Source of the DNA: a virus
Length of the DNA stretch: 64,000 bases
Strand: one strand, 5' to 3'
IMG/VR virus record: IMGVR_UViG_3300037319_000172
Coordinates: 45,614 to 109,613 of that record
A program made the translations under genes and the position numbers. Each line of letters begins with the position of its first letter. Positions within the stretch are counted from its first letter, which is position 1. Of this stretch, positions 20,204 to 29,837 are shown piece by piece. Below the pieces are notes generated by a model that saw only the letters and a list, made by a program, of their open reading frames with translations, searched no databases and was not told where the DNA came from.

Positions 20204-20557
20204 TTAGTAGTATTTAACGTCGTCGTATGTTAGACCGATATCTCGAATAGATACTGGATATTTTGTAGATGCTCCTTGTGTTAATTCATTTTCATAAGAT
20301 ATTATTGTAAAATATTTCTCATTATGTAATTTAGTTAAACTATCGCTTGTCGCGATAATGGAACCTTTAATAACACTTCCTGCGAATCTAAAGAAGTATA
20401 CTCCTCCTATTTTAGGAGACTTTACTGTGATTTTTCTTTGTATCTTTTTCTTTGCCATATACATATTATACAATGTAATTAGAAAAGGTTTATAAATCGT
20501 TCCATGAGGAATGTTCCCTAGCCTCACGGATCCTTGTATAAACTTCATAATTGACAT
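20204..20557 (-). CDS. Hypothetical protein (true start probably MAKKKI, ~20459)
   Basis: AAAC-N17-TATAAT at 20465-20491 lies just upstream of the internal Met. Confidence 0.55.
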   Translation of the reverse strand: MSIMKFIQGSVRLGNIPHGTIYKPFLITLYNMYMAKKKIQRKITVKSPKIGGVYFFRFAGSVIKGSIIATSDSLTKLHNEKYFTIISYENELTQGASTKYPVSIRDIGLTYDDVKYY

Positions 20558-20723
20558 TAATCTCTAAGAATCCTCCAGTAATACTTCCTGGTAAATCTTT
20601 AGGATTAATCCAATAATATGGAAGCCTATTAGTTCTTTCGTTGATAAAATCAAATAATGCATCTACCTCCATATGGTGGACGTATATTACAATATTCATA
20701 CAATTCATATTTGGGTATGCCAT
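20490..20723 (-). CDS. Small hypothetical protein
   Basis: 77-aa ORF adjacent to the oxygenase gene. Confidence 0.5.
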   Translation of the reverse strand: MAYPNMNCMNIVIYVHHMEVDALFDFINERTNRLPYYWINPKDLPGSITGGFLEINVNYEVYTRIREAREHSSWNDL

Positions 20724-20726
20724 AGT

Positions 20727-21320
20727 TTATTTATAATGTCCTCCACCTAACCAAAGAACGAATGATTTTCTAATACCCTTAGTTACGGGTCTAACTGAAT
20801 GAACTAGATAACTTGGAAATAATACGACAGTACCTTTTCCTCTTGGAGCAATAAGATTATTAGTATTTAGGCTTTCTCCTCCCATCCAGAAACAAAGGTC
20901 TCCTCCTTCGTATTCGCTTGAATCAGATAACTGAACTGTTATTGATATTTTTCTAACAGACATACTATCGTTTCCAACATCTTGATGCCAGTCATATTTC
21001 CCTAGTTCGTCAGCATTGTATTCAGTATATTGTATTAATTCAGGGGCTGAAGTTGCATCAAATTTCCACATTGTGTCATTCGCTTCGCTAGCGAATACTA
21101 TTAGTTTTTCGTACAACCAATTCCACTCTGTAGTTTGTGGAATCCATTTTATATTTGATTTACGATCAGGTGTTATTCCTCCATCTGTCACTGCTCTGAC
21201 GTAATCTAGATTATTAACGCCGTCTTCAATCCATCTTAATTCCTCAGATGTGAATCCTTTATCAAACCAATAATAGTCCACTGCTTTGTTTTGATTAGGT
21301 TCGAATATATTACTTCTCAT
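20727..21320 (-). CDS. 2OG-Fe(II) oxygenase (PKHD / prolyl-hydroxylase-like)
   Basis: Y.WHQD, RKIS..VQLS...YEGG.L, FPS...H.V.PVT.G.RKS.V.W. Confidence 0.9.
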   Translation of the reverse strand: MRSNIFEPNQNKAVDYYWFDKGFTSEELRWIEDGVNNLDYVRAVTDGGITPDRKSNIKWIPQTTEWNWLYEKLIVFASEANDTMWKFDATSAPELIQYTEYNADELGKYDWHQDVGNDSMSVRKISITVQLSDSSEYEGGDLCFWMGGESLNTNNLIAPRGKGTVVLFPSYLVHSVRPVTKGIRKSFVLWLGGGHYK

Positions 21321-23196
21321 TTTCGTTATATGTTATATTAACTATTCCTTCTTCTTCACCATACCTTGATTCTGTATTTATAGGATAGCTTGGATTCTCT
21401 TCATATGCCCAGTCATGTTGTCCTAACTCTTCAAATCTTAATTTTATCTTTTCGTTATAATACATTGATATAGTTCGGGTTCTTCTTTGAATATCTGCTC
21501 TAGATAAATCATGAGTGTTCCTGTGCCCTGCATTACTATATAGAAATTGAATGTAACTTAGTTTAGGTATCTTACACATTAATGTATGTAAAAAGGTTCT
21601 AACGATTAATTCATAATCATCAACAACTGTTAAACTTCTGTTATGTCCTCCTATTTCGAAATATGTAGTTCTTCTCCATGCTCTAATGTGATTAGGCACT
21701 CCAACAATATGTCTTATTGTTTTAGGATTGATATTCTGTTGATTAGCAGGTGATAACATTCTACCTTGATATTCTTCATCTCTATAGTTACCGTATCCTA
21801 ATGCAAATCCAGGTTCGTATTTATGATTCTCCCATTGTTCATTTACTTCTGCAGTATCTCCGTAAAAGAATCCGCATTCAGGATGTTTTTGTGCTGCCTT
21901 GTGTAAATCTTCAGCACATGTTTCCGCTAATAGATCGTCATGATCTAGTTCTGCAAGAATATATCCTTTAGCCATTACATTAGATCTCCATTTAACTTCT
22001 CCAATAACTCCACCTGATTTTTCTCTAAAGTCATACACTCTAACTCTTGGATCGTTTTTCGCAATCTCTTCAGCTATTTTTAGTGTTTTACCTCCATCAG
22101 TAGAATCATTCATTAATATCCATTCCCAGTTTCCATAAGATTGTCTAGCAACTGATTCGTATGTGTTCCATAACTTATCTCCTGTATTATAAATAGGAGT
22201 AGTAAATGATATTAAGCTCTGATCATTTAAATTAGTAGGATCTAACATCGCGTTTTCTGAAACACTATATGCGATATCACCAACTAGGTTCATGTCTCCG
22301 TCATCATCTATGTTTATCCACTTTCTTCTAAATTGAAGAGGTAAACTGCAAAGTGTAGGAAATGAATCAGAACTTTCTCCTCTAGTAACTATAGAGTCTG
22401 GTTTAAATTCAGAAATAACTTTACTTATATTATCATCATTTTTAACATACATTACTGTTAAATTATTATCTTCATAATCCAATACCTTTGATGTCTTTAA
22501 CTGAGGTCTTCCTTCACCGACATACAACACTCTTGGTAGTTTAGGAGTTGACTCCTTTTGTAATTTATTATAGTGTGAAAGTATTTCATCTATCCAAACG
22601 AAGCGACTCGGGTGATCCTTGTAAACTTCATCAATAAAGAATCCGTCTGCTGCATAATCTGCAGTGAATCCATATTCATCAAAAAGATCTCCTCTTAATA
22701 ATACTTGAGCGATATCTGTTTTCTGATAACCTGTATTTTGTGGAGTTGCTTCCCTATATTTTAATCCTGTAAAATCTTTACCATTGACATCTTGTCCGAC
22801 AACAATCATTACTTTATCTGAATTACTAGGAATCGTTAAATGTTCTTCTATTCTTTGATAAAAATCGGAATGCATTATATTATCATCATCTAGTAAATAA
22901 AACCAACCAGATCCTCGAGTAACCATATCGGATTCGTGTGAAACTATATGTCTTATTAAGTCAGTAGTTTCAGGATACATCATCCCTCCTTTTTTACCTT
23001 TGATAAAATGTATTGTTGTATTTTCTTGATCTAATTCTGCAAGTACCTCTGCGTCAATATCCTTAAGCGATCCTGTATCAAACATGATGTGCCAATGGAT
23101 ATCTACATTTGCTGTTTTAGAATTATCAAAAACTGTAGGTTTGATTTTTAAAAGATTAGACGTACGGGTACACCTTGTTATTACATTAATTTTCAT
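21310..23196 (-). CDS. Tandem GT-A (GT2) glycosyltransferase
   Basis: Two GT-A domains (YLLDDDN; TPIYN..SV.RQ...WEW...ND.STD, ELDHDD, DDYEL). Confidence 0.85.
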   Translation of the reverse strand: MKINVITRCTRTSNLLKIKPTVFDNSKTANVDIHWHIMFDTGSLKDIDAEVLAELDQENTTIHFIKGKKGGMMYPETTDLIRHIVSHESDMVTRGSGWFYLLDDDNIMHSDFYQRIEEHLTIPSNSDKVMIVVGQDVNGKDFTGLKYREATPQNTGYQKTDIAQVLLRGDLFDEYGFTADYAADGFFIDEVYKDHPSRFVWIDEILSHYNKLQKESTPKLPRVLYVGEGRPQLKTSKVLDYEDNNLTVMYVKNDDNISKVISEFKPDSIVTRGESSDSFPTLCSLPLQFRRKWINIDDDGDMNLVGDIAYSVSENAMLDPTNLNDQSLISFTTPIYNTGDKLWNTYESVARQSYGNWEWILMNDSTDGGKTLKIAEEIAKNDPRVRVYDFREKSGGVIGEVKWRSNVMAKGYILAELDHDDLLAETCAEDLHKAAQKHPECGFFYGDTAEVNEQWENHKYEPGFALGYGNYRDEEYQGRMLSPANQQNINPKTIRHIVGVPNHIRAWRRTTYFEIGGHNRSLTVVDDYELIVRTFLHTLMCKIPKLSYIQFLYSNAGHRNTHDLSRADIQRRTRTISMYYNEKIKLRFEELGQHDWAYEENPSYPINTESRYGEEEGIVNITYNENEK

Positions 23197-23206
23197 TTAG
23201 TATGGT

Positions 23207-24145
23207 TTATTGTTGTATGTCAAAAAAGAACATGTGAAAAAATCGTGAGTTATCTATTGCGTCTCCGAAGTATTCGGTTGCTGCGTGTATCTGTGATGAG
23301 TTGAAAATTACGAGTCTATTATATACGTTACCAATATCATCTATCTTTTCAAATAGAGTTCCATCGTAAAAGTTCATAGCTTCGTTTGTTCCTTTAAATG
23401 TGTGAAAGTATTCATCTCCCATTCTAGATTCCTGTCCTGGAAAAGAATTTATACCTGTTACTTTACTTCGGTACATTGATGTTCCAGTAGGTGCAGGTGC
23501 GTTTGGTGTTAAGTATACCATTGCGGCATACATTTGAGAATCTACATGATAAACAATAGGCTGATCAGCAGTACAATATTGAAATACACCATTAGCGTAT
23601 CCTACATTGTTCCAGTTTGTTATCTTTCTACCTAATATTTCTTCTAACTTTTCTTTAGTTCCATCTAGTATAAATCTAGAATTTGATCTCTGTCCTTTAT
23701 GATAATCCGATGGAGTGTATTCAAGGTTTTGCATCGCATATTCTCTAACAAGATCTGGATCTGCATAGAAATTATCTACAACAATGACATCTTTATCTGT
23801 TGGGTTAAACCCTGATGAAACAGCTGCCCATTTTCCTATAGAAACAAACTCTTCAGGTTCTTCACCATTAAAACTTATTCTTAATTTAGAATTTATTAAA
23901 TGTTTGGGAATAGATATGTTGAATCCAGTGCAAAAGTCTAAAGATCCTTCATAGTATCTAGATACATCTATCCTAGGTTCCCATTCTATTTTTAATTTAA
24001 TATCTTCTATTAATAAATCTATAAAGTTAATTTTTCTATCGCTGTTTGTAGAACCTATCCAACCTCTTACATTCCATGTTGAATCTAATCCTTCAGATAC
24101 TTCATCAACATTAAGTAATATATTTTTAATATTAGTAGTATGCAT
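23207..24145 (-). CDS. 2OG-Fe(II) oxygenase-like protein (DUF6445-like) with N-terminal accessory domain
   Basis: VVDNFY.DPD.VREYA, HVD, VYLTP, GT, YNRLVIF....HAA..YFG...R....FF. Confidence 0.75.
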   Translation of the reverse strand: MHTTNIKNILLNVDEVSEGLDSTWNVRGWIGSTNSDRKINFIDLLIEDIKLKIEWEPRIDVSRYYEGSLDFCTGFNISIPKHLINSKLRISFNGEEPEEFVSIGKWAAVSSGFNPTDKDVIVVDNFYADPDLVREYAMQNLEYTPSDYHKGQRSNSRFILDGTKEKLEEILGRKITNWNNVGYANGVFQYCTADQPIVYHVDSQMYAAMVYLTPNAPAPTGTSMYRSKVTGINSFPGQESRMGDEYFHTFKGTNEAMNFYDGTLFEKIDDIGNVYNRLVIFNSSQIHAATEYFGDAIDNSRFFHMFFFDIQQ

Positions 24146-24197
24146 TCTTATTTCTTTAATTATTATACGATTAATTTGCTATTTGTTTATATATTAC

Positions 24198-24229
24198 AAA
24201 AAAAAGGATCCCATTTCTGAGATCCTTTT
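24198..24229 (-). terminator. Intrinsic terminator after collagen genes
   Basis: aaaaggatc..gatcc-ttttttt stem-loop. Confidence 0.7.
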
Positions 24230-24255
24230 AACTATTTATATTTACTATTTATTAT

Positions 24256-27219
24256 TTAGAAACGTCCTCTACCTCCACCTCCACCTGGTCCTGAGCTTAT
24301 TTCTTCTTTTCTGTTGTGTGTTACTATTCCGTTTGCTATATAAACGTCATCGTTTTCAACATCCAATCTCCATACTCTCTGATGTACTCCTTCAAATAAA
24401 GGACTCATTGTAATCGTATCGACTACGATTTTACTAAATGAATCTTTAAGTAATAAGAAATCTCCCTGTAGTAGTTCAGATGTTTTTAAAGTTCGCCATT
24501 CACCATTTCTCTCTGCAATATGTAAATGGTCTGCTGAAGCTTCTATTATTCCATTAATATTGTATGAATACATTACTAGTATTTCAACGTTAGAAGTTAC
24601 TGTTGATTCTGAAAATGTAGCGTTTAATTCGCTTGATCTCCATTCTTTTAAAACAGCATATTCATCTGAATCAGGCATGGTGTCTATATGTACTGATTTT
24701 ACGATATTTCCTACTTCTACATTTTCTATACTTTTAAAAGAACCATCATTCATTTCAATTTGTGTTCCTTCTATTAAACAGCCGGGTCCGCCTCCTGTAT
24801 TTATTATAGAAGTTACTAATCCATTAGATAATCCGATAAAAATATTACTAGTACTAAAACTCCTATCTGAATCTGAACCTCCAGACAAAGTACGTCCTCT
24901 ATATCCTTGAGGTCCTCTTGAATTATAATTCCCATTATTTCCTCTGTAACCTTGAGCTCCTCTTGGTCCACCATTTCCTTGAGCTCCTCTTGGACCTTTA
25001 TATCCACCGGGTCCATTATTACCTTTTGTACCTTGAGCTCCTTGAGCTCCTCTAGCAGCAACTCCGTAATTTGTACCTTGTGATCCTTTTGGTCCTTTAG
25101 GTCCTTGATTTCCTGTTAATCCCTTTACGGTAGATGTTGTTCCTTGAGATCCTTGAGGACCTTGAGGACCCGTTGAACCTGTATTTCCTTGAAATCCTCT
25201 TGGCATAGCACCTTGAGCTCCTTGAGCTCCTTGATATCCTTTATATCCTTTATATCCTCTATCATAAAAACCACTAAAACCTTGAGGTCCAGTAAGTCCT
25301 TTATTACCTTGAGCTCCTCTTTGCTTAGCTCCAATAGCTCCTGTAGGTCCTGCTTCTCCTTTCACTCCTGTAGGTCCTCGGTTAGTAGCTCCTTCGAATC
25401 CATCAGCTCCTCCATCTCCTACAGTTCCTTTATCTCCTCTTGGATTATTACCTTGAGATCCTTTATATCCTCCATCTCCTTTAAGACCTTGAGATCCTCT
25501 TGGAAAAGCACCTTGATATCCAGTAGGACCTGCGTCTCCTAGAGCTCCTTGAGGCCCTACTGGTGAATCTCCAGTATTACCTTGAGATCCTTGAGTTCCT
25601 TGAGTTCCTCTAAGTCCTTGTGGATCATCTCCTATATGTCCTTGAGCTCCTTTAGTTCCTTGATTTCCTTTAGTTCCTTGCGGTTCGTATCCTGGATTTC
25701 CCTTAGATGCTTGAGTTCCTTGAACTCCTCTATCTCCTCTTGGATTGTATCCTTGATATCCACCAGGACCTCCGTTTCCTTGAGCTCCTTGATCTCCTCT
25801 AGGTGTTGCTCCTTGTGCTCCTTTATATCCTTGATCTCCTTGAAAACCTTCATATCCTTTAGGACTTGCTCCTTTTGATCCTTTTAATCCTTGATCTCCT
25901 TTAGGACCTGCTGGTGATACGGGTGTACTACCTTGATTTCCTTGAGCTCCTTTATTTCCTTGATGACCTCTATGTCCTGTTGGATTTGCTCCTTTAAATC
26001 CTCTATCTCCCTGGTTTCCTTGAAAACCTTCATATCCTGTAGGACTTGCTCCACCAGTTCCTTGATTTCCTTGAGTTCCTTTATCTCCTTCATATCCTGT
26101 AGGTTCTGCTCCTGGTAAACCATTTTGTCCTGTAGCTCCTTTATCTCCTTTGAATCCTGTTAAACGATCTCCTTGTGATCCTTTATTTCCTTTATCTCCT
26201 TTGAATCCTTTATAACCTTTAATACTATCTCCTTGATTTCCTTGATTTCCTATAAAACCAGTATCACCTGATATTGCTGGATTTGTTGATCCTTGAGAAC
26301 CTTTAGGTCCATCAGGTCCATCCTCTCCTTTAATTCCTTTAGGGCTTGCTCCAGTAGTTCCTTTAAATCCTAATTCACCACTTTCACCTTTAAGTCCTAT
26401 TGGTGAAGCTCCTTTATTTCCAGTATCTCCTTGTGCACCGTCTGGTCCAGAATCTGGAGACAATGTAATACCTTGATCTCCTCTAAAACCCTGAGCTCCT
26501 TGATTTCCTTGATTTCCTTTTATATTATCACCAATAGCACCTTGATTTCCTTGAGCTCCTCTATCTCCTTCAGGTCCTGTTGGACTATCTCCATCAGCTC
26601 CTTTATCTCCATTAGGGCCATCATCTCCTTTAGCTGCAGTATCTGTAGCTCCTTGAGGTCCTCTTGGTCCCTCAGTTCCTTTATCTCCTTTATAACTAGT
26701 AATTAGATTACCGTCTAATCCCTTATGGCCTTGATCTCCAATAGATCCTATAGCTGCTTCTTCTGTTTTACCTTTAGAACCTTGAGCTCCCTTAGATCCC
26801 TTAGATCCTTGTTCACCCTGTGGACTAAATCCATCATCTCCTTGGAATCCAGTAGGACCTTGAGGCTCATCACCATCAATTCCTAAAAGACCTTGACTAC
26901 CTTGAAAACCAACTTCCCCTTCAAAGCCTTCATCTCCTATTGGATTATCTCCCTGTATTCCACGCTCTCCTTCAATACCTGTAGGTTCTTCACCTTCTAA
27001 TCCTTGATCTCCTTTTAACCCTTGATTTCCTTGATTTCCTTGATCTCCTTTTAACCCTTGATTTCCTTGATCTCCTTGGAATCCTTGATCTCCAGTTAAT
27101 CCTTGATCTCCTTGAAATCCTTGATCTCCTATAAATTCTGAGTAAGCATTTTTATCGAAATTACCGACATGTAGAGGAGTTTCTCCCCCTACTGTCGATC
27201 CTGTTCTTAACTTTGCCAT
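24256..27219 (-). CDS. Collagen-like fibre protein with C-terminal Hint (BIL-type) domain
   Basis: Gly-X-Y from aa 31 to ~775 with periodic interruptions; CLIEGT...SADH...Y.ANGIVTHN. Confidence 0.88.
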   Translation of the reverse strand: MAKLRTGSTVGGETPLHVGNFDKNAYSEFIGDQGFQGDQGLTGDQGFQGDQGNQGLKGDQGNQGNQGLKGDQGLEGEEPTGIEGERGIQGDNPIGDEGFEGEVGFQGSQGLLGIDGDEPQGPTGFQGDDGFSPQGEQGSKGSKGAQGSKGKTEEAAIGSIGDQGHKGLDGNLITSYKGDKGTEGPRGPQGATDTAAKGDDGPNGDKGADGDSPTGPEGDRGAQGNQGAIGDNIKGNQGNQGAQGFRGDQGITLSPDSGPDGAQGDTGNKGASPIGLKGESGELGFKGTTGASPKGIKGEDGPDGPKGSQGSTNPAISGDTGFIGNQGNQGDSIKGYKGFKGDKGNKGSQGDRLTGFKGDKGATGQNGLPGAEPTGYEGDKGTQGNQGTGGASPTGYEGFQGNQGDRGFKGANPTGHRGHQGNKGAQGNQGSTPVSPAGPKGDQGLKGSKGASPKGYEGFQGDQGYKGAQGATPRGDQGAQGNGGPGGYQGYNPRGDRGVQGTQASKGNPGYEPQGTKGNQGTKGAQGHIGDDPQGLRGTQGTQGSQGNTGDSPVGPQGALGDAGPTGYQGAFPRGSQGLKGDGGYKGSQGNNPRGDKGTVGDGGADGFEGATNRGPTGVKGEAGPTGAIGAKQRGAQGNKGLTGPQGFSGFYDRGYKGYKGYQGAQGAQGAMPRGFQGNTGSTGPQGPQGSQGTTSTVKGLTGNQGPKGPKGSQGTNYGVAARGAQGAQGTKGNNGPGGYKGPRGAQGNGGPRGAQGYRGNNGNYNSRGPQGYRGRTLSGGSDSDRSFSTSNIFIGLSNGLVTSIINTGGGPGCLIEGTQIEMNDGSFKSIENVEVGNIVKSVHIDTMPDSDEYAVLKEWRSSELNATFSESTVTSNVEILVMYSYNINGIIEASADHLHIAERNGEWRTLKTSELLQGDFLLLKDSFSKIVVDTITMSPLFEGVHQRVWRLDVENDDVYIANGIVTHNRKEEISSGPGGGGGRGRF

Positions 27220-27262
27220 TTGTATTATTTGTTTATTTTTATATTATTATATTTAAAGTAGC

Positions 27263-29785
27263 TTAACTATGATTCTTAGTAGTAATAAATCCATTGACTA
27301 CCTGTAAAACGTTATTAGAGTTATCTCTGAATTGACCGTTAAATCCAGTACCAGCACTAGTACTTCCATTAGGTCCTTTATATCCTTGAGGTCCTACTCC
27401 GTATCCTGAACCAGAAGATCCCTGTGGTCCAGTCGATGCTCCTCCTTTATATCCTTGATCTCCTTTTGGACCAGTAGATGCTACATTTCCATAGACTCCT
27501 TGAGGTCCTTTATATCCTTTTGGCCCTTTTGATCCTGAATTACCTTTAGCACCCTTATCACCTTGAGGTCCATTAGTACCTTGATTACCTTTAGGTCCGC
27601 TTGTTCCTTGATGTCCCTGATAACCTTGCGTTCCTTGGGCTCCTTGGGCTCCGTAATAACCAGCGCTTCCTTGAGATCCTGTTCTACCAATTCGTCCTTT
27701 ATTACCTTGATCTCCTTGAACACCAGGACCGCCTGAAGATGCTTGTGTTCCCTTTGCACCTGTGTTCCCTTTTAATCCCCTGTGTCCTTTATCAATTCCT
27801 CCTTGATTAACTCCTTTAACTCCTTGATCTCCTTGAGCTCCTTGATATCCTGTTGGAGAAGTATTACCATCTGCACCAACTCCACCTTGAGCTCCTCGAT
27901 CTCCTTGAACACCTCGTAGTCCATTAGAACCCTTAGCCCCTTCATCTCCTTTATTTCCTTTGAATCCTTGATATCCTTGAGGTCCTGTTAGACCTTTAGC
28001 TCCTTTAGAACCTTGAGTTCCTTGGAATCCTTTGGGCCCCTTTGATCCGGTACCTCCTTTAAGTCCTTTATCTCCTTTAAATCCTTGATATCCTCTATCT
28101 CCGACTTCTCCTTTTACTCCGTCAGGTCCTTTAACTCCTGTAAGTCCTTTAAAACCTTGAGATCCTTGATTTCCTTGTGAACCAGGCTCTCCTTTAAGTC
28201 CTATAGGACCATCATACCCTTGATATCCTTGAGGTCCATCATCACCTGTATCTCCTTTACTTCCTTGAGTTCCTCGAAATCCTTCATGTCCTTTACTTCC
28301 TTTAACATTCGATTCACCGGTAAACCCTTTAAATCCTAGATCTCCTTCATTTCCAATGACTCCTTGTACTCCCTCATCTCCTTTAAATCCTTTATCTCCT
28401 TTAGATCCTTGATTACCCTGAGATCCTGTAGCTCCAATACGTCCTTTATCTCCGTCTAGTCCTTTATAACCTTGTGATCCTTCTGCACCTTGATCTCCAT
28501 CATATCCTTTTAGTCCTTTAAATCCTTGATCTCCTGTATTACCAGTAGAACCTTGATTTCCAGTTGCTCCTTTATATCCAGTGTTTCCTTGATCTCCCTT
28601 AACTCCTTTAACTCCTTGATCTCCAGCAGTTCCTTTTGATCCTTGATTTCCTTGATCTCCGTCTAGTCCTGTATTTCCTTTAGATCCTTGGTCTCCTTTA
28701 TCTCCTTTTAAACCAGTATCTCCTTTATCTCCAGTTGCTCCCGTACTAGCGTTGAATCCTTTAAGACCTTGAGACCCTTTTGATCCTTTTGATCCTTGAT
28801 TTCCATCAGATCCTTTAAATCCTAAATCACCGTTATCTCCTTGATCTCCAATATTACCTTGATTTCCTTTAGAACCTGTAGTACCTTGATTTCCTTGATT
28901 TCCTTTATTTCCTTGAGATCCTTGATTACCTTTATCTCCGATAACCCCTTGAAAACCTTTTAAACCATTAGAACCTTGAGGTCCTTGTGATCCATCAGTT
29001 CCTTGATATCCTGTATCACCTTTAAATCCTTTAAATCCAGATTCACCTGCTGCAGAAGGAGATGCTGTATCTCCAATATTACCTTTGAATCCTTGATCTC
29101 CCTTTGATCCTTGATTTCCTTGAATACCGATAACACCCTGAGATCCTTTATTACCTTGATCACCTTGAGTACCTTGAGTACCTGCAGATCCTGTATATCC
29201 TTGAGTACCTTGATCTCCTTGATCTCCTTTTAATCCTTGATCTCCAGTTGCTTGTTTGTTTCCTTGAAAACCTCGAAGACCTTGATCTCCTTTAGTTCCT
29301 TGAGGTCCTTCATTACCTTGAAAACCTCGATCTCCTTGATCTCCAGTTCCTCCGCTAGATCCTGTATCTCCAGTATTTCCTTTAACTCCTTGATCTCCTT
29401 TAATACCAACTTCTCCTTGATTTCCGGTTTGGCCCTGAGTTCCTTGATCTCCAACTTCTCCTTGATCTCCTTTAATACCAACTTCTCCTTGGTTTCCTTT
29501 ATCTCCAATATTACCTTGATTTCCAAAAAGACCTTGATCTCCTTGATTACCATTAGTTCCTTGTTGTCCTTGTACTCCTTTATCTCCGTCAAATCCTTGA
29601 TCTCCTTTAGTTCCTTGATCACCATTATCTCCGATATCACCTAAAGCCCCTTGAGAACCTTGGCTTCCTAAGAAACCAGGTTCTCCCTGTGGTCCAACAA
29701 ATTCGGGAAAATCAGTACTATTTAGGTTCCCACTATGTAACACTGTGTTACTATCAAGTGTAGTTCCTAATATAAATTTAGCCAT
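27263..29785 (-). CDS. Collagen-like fibre protein
   Basis: Gly-X-Y from aa 31 to ~809. Confidence 0.88.
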   Translation of the reverse strand: MAKFILGTTLDSNTVLHSGNLNSTDFPEFVGPQGEPGFLGSQGSQGALGDIGDNGDQGTKGDQGFDGDKGVQGQQGTNGNQGDQGLFGNQGNIGDKGNQGEVGIKGDQGEVGDQGTQGQTGNQGEVGIKGDQGVKGNTGDTGSSGGTGDQGDRGFQGNEGPQGTKGDQGLRGFQGNKQATGDQGLKGDQGDQGTQGYTGSAGTQGTQGDQGNKGSQGVIGIQGNQGSKGDQGFKGNIGDTASPSAAGESGFKGFKGDTGYQGTDGSQGPQGSNGLKGFQGVIGDKGNQGSQGNKGNQGNQGTTGSKGNQGNIGDQGDNGDLGFKGSDGNQGSKGSKGSQGLKGFNASTGATGDKGDTGLKGDKGDQGSKGNTGLDGDQGNQGSKGTAGDQGVKGVKGDQGNTGYKGATGNQGSTGNTGDQGFKGLKGYDGDQGAEGSQGYKGLDGDKGRIGATGSQGNQGSKGDKGFKGDEGVQGVIGNEGDLGFKGFTGESNVKGSKGHEGFRGTQGSKGDTGDDGPQGYQGYDGPIGLKGEPGSQGNQGSQGFKGLTGVKGPDGVKGEVGDRGYQGFKGDKGLKGGTGSKGPKGFQGTQGSKGAKGLTGPQGYQGFKGNKGDEGAKGSNGLRGVQGDRGAQGGVGADGNTSPTGYQGAQGDQGVKGVNQGGIDKGHRGLKGNTGAKGTQASSGGPGVQGDQGNKGRIGRTGSQGSAGYYGAQGAQGTQGYQGHQGTSGPKGNQGTNGPQGDKGAKGNSGSKGPKGYKGPQGVYGNVASTGPKGDQGYKGGASTGPQGSSGSGYGVGPQGYKGPNGSTSAGTGFNGQFRDNSNNVLQVVNGFITTKNHS

Positions 29786-29837
29786 AATTGTTTATTTTAT
29801 TTTTATATGTTATGTTATATATTTTAAATATATGTGT

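Noticed and set aside
24313-24780. Canonical splicing intein or homing element
   Set aside because: No endonuclease domain and Arg rather than Cys/Ser/Thr after the terminal HN; treated as a cleaving Hint
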